Shown here: piece after piece, positions 27,070 through 40,105 of the stretch
How positions within the stretch are numbered: position 1 is the stretch's first letter
Layout of the letters: each line of letters begins with the position of its first letter
Translations under genes and position numbers: made by a program
NCBI GenBank assembly: GCA_028534125.1
Contig: CM052817.1
Coordinates: 105,588,001 to 105,652,000 of the forward strand
Source of the DNA: Lama glama
Lineage: Eukaryota
Reading direction: 5' to 3'
DNA length: 64,000 nucleotides
The notes under the pieces: generated by a model
The model's input: only the letters and a program-made list of their open reading frames with translations
The model's database searches: none
Told to the model about the DNA's origin: nothing

Positions 27070-27900
27070 GTCCAGCTTTTCTTGATTTTCTTAAAATTAA
27101 GCATCTATTATTCTGTGTCCGTGGGTTTGAATGAGGTTGACCTCACCCCCAGCTCCAGAGGAGCATGCATAATCCAGTCAATCCATCAAAACAAAGTCAT
27201 CATCAATCCCAAGTTTTCTGATGAAATGATCAGTTTGTCAAGCTCTTTCTTTTCACTTTAGGTTTATAAAGAAATACTGCCAAAATCTCATACAATGAGA
27301 CATTGTGTGTATAGAATCAGCCTGAAAGCATCACATGAAAAATTAGATCAGAGAGATAGAGCCAATAAGAGGCCAGATTTTGATGACATCTGTTGACATT
27401 CAGGGTCTATGTTTGCACAAGGCTAGAATGTCCAGGTGTGGATTTTGGTGTGAACTGAATGTCTGAGAAAATGGAGGAAGGAGGTGCACTGAAAATGCTT
27501 GAACAACACTGGAGTTATGATCAAAACAATTAAAAAATAAATTGGAAGTTGCCCCTAACTGATGCATCATCTTTGTCTTAACTGGGGACTGAATATGCTT
27601 ACTAGTAACAGAAAACTAAAGAAAATAGTGTCTTAAATACATAAGGAGGTGATTGCCTGTCATAACAGAAGTCAAGATTGGGCAAGCTAGAGTGAGATTG
27701 GTCGACTGTGGCATCTGGAGCCAGGTGGCTTCTTCCCTCACTCCTTGCCTTCCTTTGTCACAGTTCCTGCACTTCTGACATCATGGAAGTATTTCAGGCA
27801 AAGAAAGTGGAGAAGGCAGGGTCAACAAACCTAATATCCCGTCTGCACTACTGAATCATGTGGCTAATTTTTAACCTAATGCTTCTAGAGTAAAACATGT
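27070..27900. mobile_element. Two old MLT1-type LTR remnants (about 27070-27430 on +, about 27580-27900 on -)
   Basis: GAGGTTGACCTCACCCCCAGCTCCAG and AGTAACAGAAAAC...AGTGTCTTAAA motifs. Confidence 0.5.
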
Positions 27901-28559
27901 CATGATAGGAAGGGCTTGACATGAACATTGTGTGCCGATAATGTTTTTTTTTTTCCTACAGTCAGCAACATTCTCTCATTTTCTACCATCCATTGTTGGT
28001 CTCCAAGCCAAAGGAGCGACGTGCCAATGGCCCGAGGATCTGTGTATGATGAGTTTTGTGACAGTTCAAACACCCGTGTGCTTATGCCCTACACAATTCC
28101 AGATTTCCAAATTGATTCTTATGTTCACTCTTCTATCAATAAGGACAGTCGTTAAAGTTTGGAAATGAGGCTTAGTCAAGAAATATATGATAATACCAAC
28201 ATGAACTATGCTACATAGATGTAAAAATTATCAGCAGCATTTGATAGAAGATATTATAGGTGTAAATTTTTATTTCAAGAAGATTGGCCAAGGCAAAAAT
28301 TAGCTATATTGGGGCTGAAATGTCAGGCAGTGCAGCTGGATCAGGTTCATTTTTATTAGGGGAAATCAGAATTATTTGTAGACAAAAGGAGAAGTGTTAC
28401 TAGCTTTGTAGATTACTGGAGATAAAAGAGGATATTTTAGAAAGAATGACAAGGGAAAGTGTGAGGTAATACGGTTAAGGAAATTAAATATTTCATTCTT
28501 GGAAATGAGGGAGAGCTTTATCTCTTCCACTGAGAAAGGCCCAAAAGTAGGGGCATAAT

Positions 28560-28732
28560 GGGTCTCAAATATTAATATCTGTTAAAAGTCATCTCGGGAG
28601 ATTTTAAGTGTGCAGTGTTCTGTCCCCTTTCACAATCTAGTAAATAACATGTTCTAGAAGTCGGAATCTATATTTTTAGACAAGCACTCGTTGGGATTCT
28701 GATGCAAGTGATGTTCAGATTATATTTGAAAA
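28560..28732. mobile_element. MER5-like hAT MITE
   Basis: GGTCTCAAA...GAATCTATATTTTTAGACAAGCACTC...GATTCTGATGCA...TTTGAAAA. Confidence 0.6.
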
Positions 28733-30132
28733 AGGGGTATGTTTTAAATGAGGGGAGAGAAGAGACAAGAATTCACACATTTTATTTATAAAGTAGATTA
28801 AAAGTTTCCATAACTTTCATGATAGTTTAATGAGTGAGACTTGAGAAAAAATTTTGTTTAAAGTTTTGTGAACGTTGTGTCAGGAAACTGACAAGATGAA
28901 TATAAGCTTTGGTTGGATTTATAAAGCATAAGACATGCCAGGCCCTGTTTCTGCGGCAGTGTGCTACAGTCTAGTGTCCGAGACCGCAACAACCAAAAGC
29001 AAACTAATTTAGCCTAAGGGTTTTGTTGGACTGTAGTAATGCAAACTTTACTTCTTAAATATCAGGTGGTCTATCCTGAAGAAATATCAAACACATAAGA
29101 TGATGTATAGATAGCTTTAAAACATGTTTATGTATATTTCTAATGTATATTTTTACCCTGCGAACTATGTCAATTATAAATAGTAATGAATATGTATCCA
29201 TCTTGGCAAAGACTTCACAAATACAACCTTGGGTTTATTACCTGTGGATTAGGTAAAAAAATGAAAGAAGTAAATTATAGGAAATATTGGAAAACACAAA
29301 TCCATATCTATAATATTTATAAAATGATGAGTGAAAAAGGACAAAATTGCTTTGGTGAAGTACACTTTGTTCATAATCATGATTTGAGTATCGAGCTAAG
29401 GCAAGGTAGGACAGGCAGTAGGGAGGCAAAATGGTGTGTGGGAAGGCCAGGGCCTTTGCCTGTGTACCCTTCACTTGCTGAGAGATCTGGACTGAGATTT
29501 AAAGCCTCTTTATTGTAAAATGAAGATGATAAAATTTTATACGAGATCAGAGTTGTAAGTGTCTGACATAGTTCTCTCCACACTTTCTAACAGTAAAGTA
29601 TGAAGATACACTTTAGGAAAAAAAAGAATATGTTGCTCTTTTAAAGTCAGGTTACCAAGAGCATTATTAAGAGAATGTGATTGCTGAGTAGCAGATAGAA
29701 TCCAAATAATTTCAAAAGGTGTGGCGTAATAAAATAACTTTGACAGAAGGAAAACTAAGTCTGGTACACTTTTAAATGTATTGCTACAACAGCCTGTTAC
29801 AAACTTTATATACATGCAATTATGGAAAATGTTGATGGTACCAGAATCATAATGACAGTGTAAATTATAGAAGCACTGGAAGAAATGGAGAACACATTTG
29901 ATTTTAATGTTTATTTGATCTAATGAGGGTAATTCAATCTCATTGTCACTTCAAACATTTCTTACTATGTGACGGGGGTGATAACCTTCAATGAAACAAT
30001 GATAATTCTTTATGCAATAACAAAGAGGTGTATAGCTCTTTAAATATTTTTCATGTTTAAAGATTTTGATATTTAAAGAGGCAAAAACATTAGAGTCTTT
30101 TCTTAGATATAGTTATAACATTTGAAAAATGC

Positions 30133-30276
30133 ACTTTAATGAAGTATAGTCAGTTACAATGTTGCATCAGTTTCTGGTGACCGGCATCATGTTTCAGTCA
30201 TACATATACACACATATATTCCTTTTCAGATTATTTTTCATTATAGGTTACTCCAAGATGTGGAATATAGTTCCCT
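30133..30276 (-). mobile_element. Short L1 3' end
   Basis: TGAAGTATAGTCAGTTACAATGTTG...GAATATAGTTCCCT. Confidence 0.85.
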
Positions 30277-30425
30277 AAAAAACTCACTCTTTTTTGTTAT
30301 GTAGCCTTTGTATGTGAACCTGGAGGATGAGAATACATAAATTCCTAATTATTCAGGAGGCTTTTCTCTGCTATTATTTATTTTTAATCTTGTATTTATT
30401 TATTTTACCTGAGCCTTTTTGATTG

Positions 30426-30875
30426 TGTCACCTGGGGGTGGGGAGGGGAGGGCACAATCTGAACTTTGAGAATTGTTTTATTCAGTGGACATCCTGAGGA
30501 CTCAAGCACAGGAGACAGCGTCTCAGATCACTCTGAGGGACTCCTCCAAAGAGTTAAGGGAGGAGCCATGAAATACAGGAATTTTCCCAACAAAAACCAG
30601 GTAATCAAAACATCCAAAGATTACTGTTCATTACAGAGAACCAGACACCTCAAGTTAATGAATTTGCCACGTTTCTATCTATGAGAAGATGCAAGAGTCT
30701 GGGCTCATTGAAATCATTCCTTTGATATGTACCTCAACCATCTAGGGCCAGCGTTCCATTTTCTCCATCCTGAGTCCCCTCAGGATGCACCAACAAGGTG
30801 GCCGCAGTGGTTTATAGCTTGATGGCCACAACATCCTTTGTTTACGGATAGTGAAGGTGACCTTCTTCATCTACA
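30426..30875 (-). mobile_element. ERV1-class solo LTR (different family from the other four)
   Basis: TGT...ACA termini; minus-strand AATAAA near 30477-30482; minus-strand 5' part GTAAACAAAGGATGTTGTGGCCATCAAGC. Flanks ATTG/GCTG may be a decayed 4-bp TSD. Confidence 0.8.
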
Positions 30876-31199
30876 GCTGATTGCAGTTTCTATCATCTCA
30901 GTGAACCTCTCGGAGAGTTTGTAAAGGATAATAATAGACACCTGATTGTAGTCCTATATTTAAATTGAGGCTCTCCTTTACTTCACTGTTCTTGGTGCTA
31001 TTATCCACCAAATGATGAGGAGGGATTGATGAATTTTTAATGATTGTGAATACTTAATTCTTGAGAATAAAATTATTTTAAATATAGTGTATAGCATAAT
31101 GGATAAAATATAGGAATGGTTTTCTGAGTATAGGTGGAAGATTTATTAATGAAAACAGATAGCTGGAATATAATTAGAAATGCCGATGATACTGATTGC

Positions 31200-31560
31200 T
31201 TGCAATTTACCAGAGACTTCATGTGCATGTTTCATGCAACATAAACATTTTTATTCTTAGTAATCAATGAGAGCAGTTAACTTGTGAAACATATACAGCA
31301 AGTACATAATAGAATCCAAATCCTTTCCAAGGTTCTGATTTCAAAATCCTTGCTTTTGCCACTCTGCTAAATTACTTCCAAATTACTTCTGATTTAATGA
31401 ATGGCTATTTTGCAGTAGGTAATATACCAGAAGATTAATTGACCCCAAACTTATTTAATCAAGTTTGATTAACCTTATTTTCAAGATGAGGAAGCAGGTT
31501 CCAGGAGCTCAACTTACTTTCTCAGAATCACATAATTGTTAACGTCAGATCTTTGGGTGC
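31200..31560 (-). mobile_element. MIR fragments
   Basis: ATTTTCAAGATGAGGAAGCAGG...ACTTTCTCAGAATCACA core. Confidence 0.55.
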
Positions 31561-32496
31561 ATACAGAACAAGACTGAGCAGTATAACAGAAGCCCTACAG
31601 GATTAATTAAGCTTTAATAGTCATACTAATTTTATTAACTTGATATGTTTTTTTACAATTCTGGGATAAAATAATTATTAAACAAGAGTATCAAATATGA
31701 CTGAAGAGATTGGTCCTAACTAATATAAAGTTACCCTGTGAGGTTCCCTCTTCAGGGAGTTCAAATAAATTGAAAGTACAAGTATTTAAATAGCAATAAT
31801 CCATTATAAGCCCATCTCATTTTTAAAATGTAAATGCTCAAATGCTACCTTTCTTTCAGCATAAAAGAATTTGGGAATGTAATATAGGTATAGTGTTGTA
31901 AGCATTAAAAAGTAAAAAATAAACATGATTGTATTAATGAGTCAATGACATGAAATATAATTGAACTGCATTAGGAATTCATGTTTTGCATACTTTATCA
32001 TGTTTGTTTCCATCAAAGTCTTCTCAGAATATGAATATTTCATACATGACCTTCAGACTTCGTTGTATTTACTGTATTCTATGTACTTACTCTGGCAGTC
32101 AGCTCACAGGCCAGATATGTTCCAGAAAAGTTACATGGGGAACAAAACTTGTACTTTACAATTGAAAAGATACTAAGAAAATGTGCTCTTTAAACTTAAG
32201 TAACTCCAAGCATATTAAACCTTCAATACTCAATCTTTTTTTAAACTAAAAAAAGTTTTTTTGATCTATTTTTATATATAGTGGGTAACATATGCAAATC
32301 TCAGCCTTAAGCTGCAATTGTTAAACTATTTAAAATGATTGTAACAAAAAATACAATATAAGCCTTTATATTACAACTGTAGTGTGGCAGACACATTTGT
32401 AAACACTTTTGATGAAATAAATTATTTAGCTTTGTCACATGGTCTTTATCACTAATATCTCTCTTTTAGAGATGATAATTCTAGGACAAGAGGTTG

Positions 32497-32937
32497 CGTC
32501 ACTGAGTTCAGACTCATTCTGTTTGCCGCACAACAGGCCAATAAATCTGGAGATGAGGCACTGGGACAAGGAATAGTGACTTTATTCGGAAAGCCAGCAG
32601 ACTGAGGCGATGGGGGACTAATGTCCTGGAGAACGATGTTCCTCAAGTCAGAATTCATGCTCCTTTTATACTGAAAAAGGGAAGAGGTTTGGTTGTTACA
32701 AACTTCTTGGTGTAGGAATTTCTCTTCTTGGAATCCTTTGTTCTTGCAGCTGTCCACATGGGTCAGGTCATGGTGCCCCTGTAAATCTCCAACAAAACAA
32801 GCATTATTTTCTATTCTGCAACTTGTTATCTTTACATGAGTGCAGAGCTAGCAAGACTAAGCCTAGAAAACAGGGCACAGGATTAAAGCCAGAGGAACAG
32901 ATCTAATATGGAGTCAGACTGGTTCTTTTCTATTACA
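32497..32937 (-). mobile_element. ERV1-class solo LTR (probably MER41-like), copy 2
   Basis: Collinear with 18260-18779 (GAAAGCCAGCAGAC, GAATCCTTTGTTCTTGCAGCTGT, AGATCTAATATGGAGTCAGACT); minus-strand AATAAA at 32581-32586. Confidence 0.88.
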
Positions 32938-32959
32938 TAATCTAAAAAATAATAATGGT

Positions 32960-33255
32960 GATAAAACAAAAGAACAGCTATAACAAAGCAGAAACACAGA
33001 CTCACAGGTACAGAGAACAGACTGTTGGTCACCAGGAGACAGGGCTGTGGGGTGAGGCAAAGCCATTATAGAGGATTATGGGGCACAAGCTACTATGCAT
33101 AAAACAAGTTACAAAAAGACCTAATGGAGCGCATAAGGAATATAGTCACTATTTTATAATAGCTTTGTATGCAGTATAATCTATAAAAATACAGAATTTC
33201 TATGCTATACACCTGAGCTAATATATTGTTAGTCAAATATACTTCAGTTTAAAAT
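32960..33255 (+). mobile_element. Older L1 3' end (L1MA9-like)
   Basis: ACAGACTCACAGGTACAGAGAACAGACTG...CTATACACCTGAGCTAATAT...ATACTTCAGTTTAAAA. Confidence 0.8.
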
Positions 33256-33899
33256 AACTTAGTGAATTAAATGGGGGTCATTTATTGGTTTTTTTTCACT
33301 ATAAAATAAGTACTATACAATATCACTAGCTTCCTGAAGGCATTTATAATGGCTATTACCTTCAATTAGAGGCAAACTAGGAATTTCTAAGAAGTCAAAG
33401 AAAATACATATTTTGAATGACAAGTCTTTGCTTCCAAAATAAACTCATTATTCAATTTTTTTAAAAAACAAACCTTTATTGAGAGCATGGAAATACAATT
33501 ATCCTCAATTCAGAGTCCTTGCTTTGACTAGGCGATTACAATAAAGAAAAATACATATGCCAATAGCTAAATACATGAATTCTATGGAGTGCTGTGTGAT
33601 CAGAAATTAAACTTTGCCACACGTATGTTTTATTTTAAAAGTCTTTATTTAAATATAAAAATGATAAGACAAGTGTATAAACCTTAAGTTTACGGCTTGA
33701 TGAGTTTTCCCAAATTGAAAACACTGATGTAACTAGCTCTGCAATACTTTTGAATTTTTTTCTCTGTGTTGTCTCTTTCTTTCCCCTTATTACTGGTAAA
33801 TAAAAAAAACAAAAGCATGTGTAGTGCAAAATGTGTGGCTCACACTAGACCATATAGCCGCCTATTTCTTTTCCGCATGCATTTTTCTTGAGATGTACT

Positions 33900-34570
33900 A
33901 GCTATTGGTGCATTGCCTCTCTGTTGCAAATCACCCTTAAATGACTGCTCTGGAATACTATATATGGACCCTTTGAATGTTTCTCTTGTGGCTTTGTTAG
34001 TAGAGAGTACCAGAGAGACACTAGAGTAAGAAAGGGGTTTCTCTTCCAAGTCTGCTGGGTTTTTCTAGGCAGCCTCCTGCACCATGTGCAACTTCCAAGC
34101 TCAGAAGAGGGCACAGCTCCTCCAGCCCCTTGACTCCAAAGGTACCTGATTTATAGCAGCTCAGAGTAGTCCGGAGGCGGGGGGGCAGATTTCTCCAGCA
34201 ACTCCACAGTGGCTTCTCAGTGGGGGGTTTCCAGATGGGTGCGTCCTATTAAAAATGTCTTCCTGTACCCCCATGAAGGCTTTCCAGCCTCGGTGAATTT
34301 CTCCAGTCTCTAATGAGCCATGGATGTACCCACCCTCTACAAAGAGGTCCAGGTGCTGTCCACACTGCAGGAAAGGAGTCTCTCCCTGTGGTTCATGATC
34401 TCATCTCTAGGGGTTCTGGTTTTTCCTATATCTGTTATTCCTACGTTCTTTATAGGATCCTTTACTCTTTAGCAGACAATTCCCTGTTATAGTTAATAGT
34501 TTTAATTAAAATGTCCACATTCAAGTTACTGTGTGGTCCTTGCCTCTGGATTAGTTCCTGAGTGATGTGC
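33900..34570 (+). mobile_element. Old ERVL-type LTR
   Basis: 3' end ATTAAAATGTCCACATTCAAGTTACTGTGTGGTCCTTGCCTCTGGATTAGTTCCTGAGTGAT resembles an ERVL LTR terminus; GC-richer than its flanks. Confidence 0.55.
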
Positions 34571-34810
34571 TTGCTTCCTTCAGGGTCCCAGAGCTCTTCT
34601 GATTCAAGATACGATTCATGGTGGTAAAGCTGGGTGGATTTTGCATAATATTATTTTCCAGTTTAACCCATGAAATTTAAAATATCTATCAATGGATATT
34701 AAGCTCAACTTAATGGAATATTAAAATTGACCTAAGAAGATATTGGAAAGATAGTTATTGAAATTACTTTGAAAGTAAGAAGCAAATGCTATGGAAAAGA
34801 ATATCAAAAT

Positions 34811-35049
34811 GGGGTGGGGAAGGATAAATTGGGAGTTTGAGATTTGCAGATACTAACTACTAGACATAAAATAGATAAACAACAAGTTCATACTGTATAG
34901 CACAGGGAACTGTATTCAATATCTTGTAGTAACCTGTAATGAAAAAGAATATGAAAAGGAATATATGTATCATATGTCTGACAAACATTATGCTGGACAC
35001 CAGAAACTGACACAACATTGTAAACTGACTATACAGCAATTTAAAAAAA
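34811..35049 (+). mobile_element. 5'-truncated L1 3' end
   Basis: GGATAAATTGGGAGTTTGAGATTTGCAGATACTAACTACTA...CTGACTATAC plus A-tail; degenerate TSD AAAA(G/A)AAT(C)ATCA(G)AAATG. Confidence 0.9.
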
Positions 35050-35279
35050 TCATCAGAAATGAATATTATTGGAGTACAAATATCAAGAGATGATTTGTTT
35101 TACCATTCGAATATATAATAGCAAAAGAATCTGATCATTTTAAATTGCACATATTTGTTATTTATATATGTTCATACAATTAATTGATGATTTTTGCACT
35201 ATAGATGACTGAGTGATCCAATTTCTCCTAGCCGGGAAAAGCGTACGTTACACTGGATAATTGACCTCCCTTCTCTGAT

Positions 35280-37640
35280 TTCTCTTAACCCCTTTGGTGG
35301 ATCATTCACTCCTCTGAATTATACATATTTTTTTTCAGGCACATTGATGCCTTTATTCTGGTTGCACCTGGTCTCAAAAACCTGAAAGACTTTCCATTTC
35401 CTGAAAACCATCATGTACTTTTCTCTGACAGAGTTTAATATTTCTCCTCATCTTTGGTCTTCAGCAGTATGAATAAATTTCTTGGTTGTTTTTAATTCGT
35501 TATTTGTTGAAATTTCTTGACCATTCATTTTAAAATATTTTTTCCCTCATCTTTCACTTTTTTCCTACTGGGATTTCAACTAAACATATTTTAGACTGAT
35601 ATGGGCATACATCTCTTGGATACTCTGTTCTTTTAAATTCAAATGATTAAATTTTTTCAACAATTTCCTCTCTTGTTTTCATTTGAGTGATGTCTGTTGA
35701 CCTATATTCAAGTTCACCAAGGCTTTCCTTGGATCTGTCGGGTCTACCGATGAGCCTGTCAGAGACATTCTGCATCTCCGTTACAGGGCATATGTTTAAA
35801 TTTATTCCCAGCCTGCCCTTTGACATTTTCTTATTGTTTCCATTTCTCTGCTGAAATGACCCATCTATTCATGAATGTCTTCAATTCTTTCCATTGGAGC
35901 TTGTACCATATTAATCATAGTGATTTTACATCCCCTGTCTGATTTCTACTTCTATTATTTGTTTTATCTTTCAACAGTGGATTTTTTTATTCCTTTCCAT
36001 TTCATAGGTCTCATAACTTTTAGCTGAAATCTACATACTCTGTGTAGGGGAGCAGAAACCAAAGTAAGTAGTGTTTAAGGCTGGAAATAGGCATGCCTCT
36101 TTTTCTGCTAGGTTTTTATTGAGGAGCTGAGATGTGTTTCTGTTTGGTTGATTGCTTCAGTTACCTTCCATGCACAGCCAGCCTCAGGTTCCTTCCGTGT
36201 CACCTTGCAGTTAAGGAGCTAGACTGACAGACTATCTGAGTTTTATTCTGGACTGTGTTTGGTCCCATGGTTTTAGAGCTTCCCTGTGACCCTGCATCTC
36301 CGCCCCAGTGTGCGCTTGTCCCTGTGCTGGGAGTAGTCTGCTGTTGCTTGTCTCTCGGTCCTGGTGGTGAGGAACAAAGAGGCTTTCCACATGTTCCTCA
36401 TTTAACAGCAGTCTTAGGCAGCTCACGTGTCTCTGAGTCCTTGCAGCCAAGTTTTCTCAGTGATCCTGCCCTGCTCCCGTGTAAAAAAATCTCTAATTTT
36501 CTGAATCTAGGAGGTTGTCTTGCCTCGCTCCTTTTCCCAAGCTTCGTGAGTTTTCACCCACTGCATGTGACAGGATTCACTGCCCTTTTTTTTTTTCAGC
36601 ATCTTAAGACTTTATTCCACTGGGGAGAGGATCCTCAGCAGTGAGGTCACAGGACCGCAGGACCATCTCAACTGTGAGGGCAGCTTTCTCTGCTCTTTCC
36701 TGCCCCTGGGCTTTTTCACAAGCGACCAGTGAGGTCCATGGAGAAGGGGTTGCAACTGTCTGTGCTCCCAGGACTCCATACTCTCCCAACTGGGGATGCT
36801 CAGCTTTGAGCAGTTCATTAAGGAGTTAGTTGATGTTTTCTGTACCTGTTTGCATGGCCACCTTGTTTCCTTCTGTTATCCCAAAATGGGGAAGGAAAAG
36901 ACCCCAGTTCTTGACTTACCTGATAGATAATTCACATGGGAGATGAAGCGTTGTGTAGCGAAAGATTTTAAAGGTTTTATTTGCAAAGGGGAAGAACACC
37001 TCCAAGAATGGGAGATGGACTGATCCAAGAGTAGATAGCAATGGTGTTTGTTTGTCCCCTTCTCTTCTACCCTCACTTATTGGTGATCTTTTGACTGATT
37101 GATGGCTCTTGCCCCTGGAGTGCTAAGTCATGCTCATCCCATTTTGCACATGTCCTTACCCATGATGCACACAGAAAAACCCATGGGGGGTTCTAAACCA
37201 CAATGCTAATTATATCACAGTGAGCACTGGGTCATGTCCTGTTAGGTCCTTGTTGCTACCGAGCAGTTGCAGCCTTTGAGTTCTAACCAGTTTCCTGCTG
37301 GCACTCGTTCAGAAGAAGTAAAGCCCCTTTGTGCTGAAGGCGGGCATAACACCATCTTCTGGACCCTGCTGCCTCTCCTCCACTTTATCTGCCCGGTGCC
37401 TCCACTTATCTAACCACCTAACACTTCCAGTGCTCTGGGAGAGCTGAGGGGTTGCCAGTGTCTTGTCTCTGGAGGCTCATGCCAGCGTTCCTCAGACTTT
37501 ACCCTCATGATTGTCCTTCAAAGTCAGCACTCTGATGGGTTCAACAGCAGTGTGATTTTGCAGATTTCTCAGCTTCATCTTATCGTTTGATAAGTATGAC
37601 ACTCTTTCCATGTATCTATTCTTAGATGGAACCAGGTCTC
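35280..37640 (-). mobile_element. Old L1 5' region (ORF1 and 5'UTR; L1M4/L1MC-like) interrupted by a solo LTR
   Basis: TGACCTATATTCAAGTTCAC...GATGAGCCTGTCAGAGACATTC ORF1-type motifs; the element resumes after 37427. Confidence 0.7.
36874..37423 (-). mobile_element. ERV1-class solo LTR
   Basis: TGTTA...TAACA termini; perfect 4-bp TSD CTTC at 36870-36873 and 37424-37427; minus-strand AATAAA near 36976-36981; related to 55646-56206. Confidence 0.88.
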
Positions 37641-39767
37641 TATAATACATGTGATTAATTCACTAACTATTCATTGGTGACCAGGATTCCAGGTACCTTT
37701 GGTTATTATGTTATTCATATTTTGTGATGAAATCAAAATAAGGGATGTATTCCCCTTTGAAATATCTCAAAATATAGTTTAAAATCTGAATGTTTTATTT
37801 ATATTCCATTAAATTAAAAAGTACAATTCCTGTCTATTTAAAGTGATAAGAAACAGGATTTTCTACATGTACTTAGGGGAAGCTATGTACTTTGAGATAT
37901 GTGAGTTAATTTTTTATTGAATATTTTTATCTGTCACTATTACACACATGAGGGTATCTATAAGCTATATGTGAGTTAAAGTATTATTATAAAACTATTA
38001 TTATATTATTATAAAATGTTAATTACAATAAGAAAAGAAATCACAATTATAAATATATTTCTAAATTTCCCAAAAATATCTGATCATATAAACGCATTCC
38101 AGGACTGTTTTCAAGTGAAGGGGCTCAGAAATAAACTCCATCAGCTTCATGGTAAATCTGACTCTGTATGTGTAAGACACTCTATAATAGTTTATAAAAG
38201 TGATTGATATTTTTATGTGTTTTTATTACTCATATTAATGGAAATTTTTTGCAGGATTGTTTTCTTAAGTGAAATACAATATAATTAATCTAATTAATTA
38301 CATATACCATCAAATAATACTGTTACACAAAGTTTTCATAATTTTGGTTTTAGTTTTTTTACCAAAGAATGCAGTTGCTTCACTTTTTGTTTGCTATCAA
38401 TTTGAAATAACAATTTCAATTCATATATGTTTAGTTTTCTATTGTGTTTCCTTGAATTGATACATGAAATTGTTTACTTTAGGAAAGAAAGGTGTTAAAA
38501 GTAATGTATTCACCAAATTCAATTTGTATTATTTAATTTTGTATTTCACTATGCTATTTATTGATGACAGATTAAATATCTAATTAAATAGGTTAGTGAG
38601 AAACTTCCAGGATTTTTAGAAAGTCACATACATTCTGAGATAATGGTACTTTTGTCAACTTCGGTAACTAGAAACTTGCCTAAATTACTTTTATTGCTAT
38701 TTTATGAAAGCATATTTCGTACACGTAAAAAGCTAGAAAAATAGCTTTCACAATATTGCAAAGTAAAAAGCATCCTGGCATAATCAAAATTAGAAAGGAA
38801 ATGACTTTAGTGTGACTGTATATCAAAGCAATGTATATTACACAGAAAGCCTCATTCAAAGTAGAGTAGTATGTGGACCATGGAATTTAGAACCATGAGT
38901 ACAAACATAATATGAAATAGGAAAATAAACTTAAATTTAAAACTTACCATTTTCCAACAGACGGAACTTGTCTTTCAGATTGTGACAAATGCCTGTGGTG
39001 AAATACAGGTCTGAAATTCAGCTGTTAGAGTCTGGTATACTCACACCTGATGCTCACTGCCTTGTACGTTCTGATTGAAAAATGCTCATCACCTATAGGC
39101 TGTCCAACCTTGTGATTATTATTCTTATGCAGTATGTTGCAGTCACTTCGTAATAGCCATAAAGGTATCAGAATTTTAGAAATGTGCTATGATTTTCTTG
39201 TTTTTCCTCACAGTTCCCTTCTGTACTGCCTTGAAAATAACGTTAGCAATCAGCTCAACCAAATAAATTATTTTAGGTTTTTCCTATTACTTTCCAGACA
39301 TTAGTGCCCCGAGGCAACTTTTTAATGGTGTTGAGGCTCATAAAGATTTAATCACTGAAGAAGTATTTATGGAGTGTCTATTGGCAGCAAGATTATAAAG
39401 GTGTGATAGGGGTTCAGAATAAGTGCAAGATTTTGCCCCTGAATTCAAGAAGTGCCCGTTCTAAGGCCATAACTCTCCACTGTGGCTGAGCATCAAAATC
39501 ACACATTTGATTTAATCTGTTTAAGATTGGGGAAAATGCTGAGAAAAATCAAAGAGTAAAAGATCAGAAATGCTGAATCAGGATGGAGGTAAAGTGTAGA
39601 ACTGATGTATCTGTATTAAAAAAAAATCAACAGGTTATTTTGATGTTTGGCTAAAACAGTGGAGAATCGGGAAAGAGGAAGATGGGTTAGTAATTGCAAA
39701 ATAATAAAACAGGTCAGTTCAGGAGTCTGACCAGTTGGATGCCAATCTGAGACCCCTTGCTTCGGCT

Positions 39768-40105
39768 GAGGTCTTTTTCTGCCGGGCTGCTGTGACAAAA
39801 TTCTACCACGTGGGTGGTATAAACAGCAAAAATATCTTTCTCACAGTTCTGAGGCTAAGTCCAAGACCAAGACATCAGCATGTTAATGTCCTGTGTGAGG
39901 GTCCTCCTTACGGCTTACAGCCAGAGTCTTCTCCCGTGTCCTCAAATGCTGGAATGGGTGAGAGCTCTCAATGGGGTATCTTTTATAGGGACACTAATCC
40001 CATTCTTGGGGGCTCTACCCTCATGACCTAATCACCTCCCCAAGGCATCAGGATTTCAACAGATGAACTGTGAAGGTGGGGTACACAAACATTCAGCCCA
40101 TAGTA
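39768..40105 (-). mobile_element. MLT1A-type MaLR LTR inserted into a MIR (MIR tail about 40106-40275)
   Basis: GGGCTGCTGTGACAAAA...CTCACAGTTCTGAGGCT...CCCTCATGACCTAATCACCTCCC...ACAAACATTCAG. Confidence 0.85.

Noticed and set aside
18260..32937. The two homologous LTRs as the ends of one provirus
   Set aside because: Copy 1 has its own TSD on both sides, the copies are clearly diverged, and no gag, pol or env lies between them. The same applies to the 36874 and 55646 pair.
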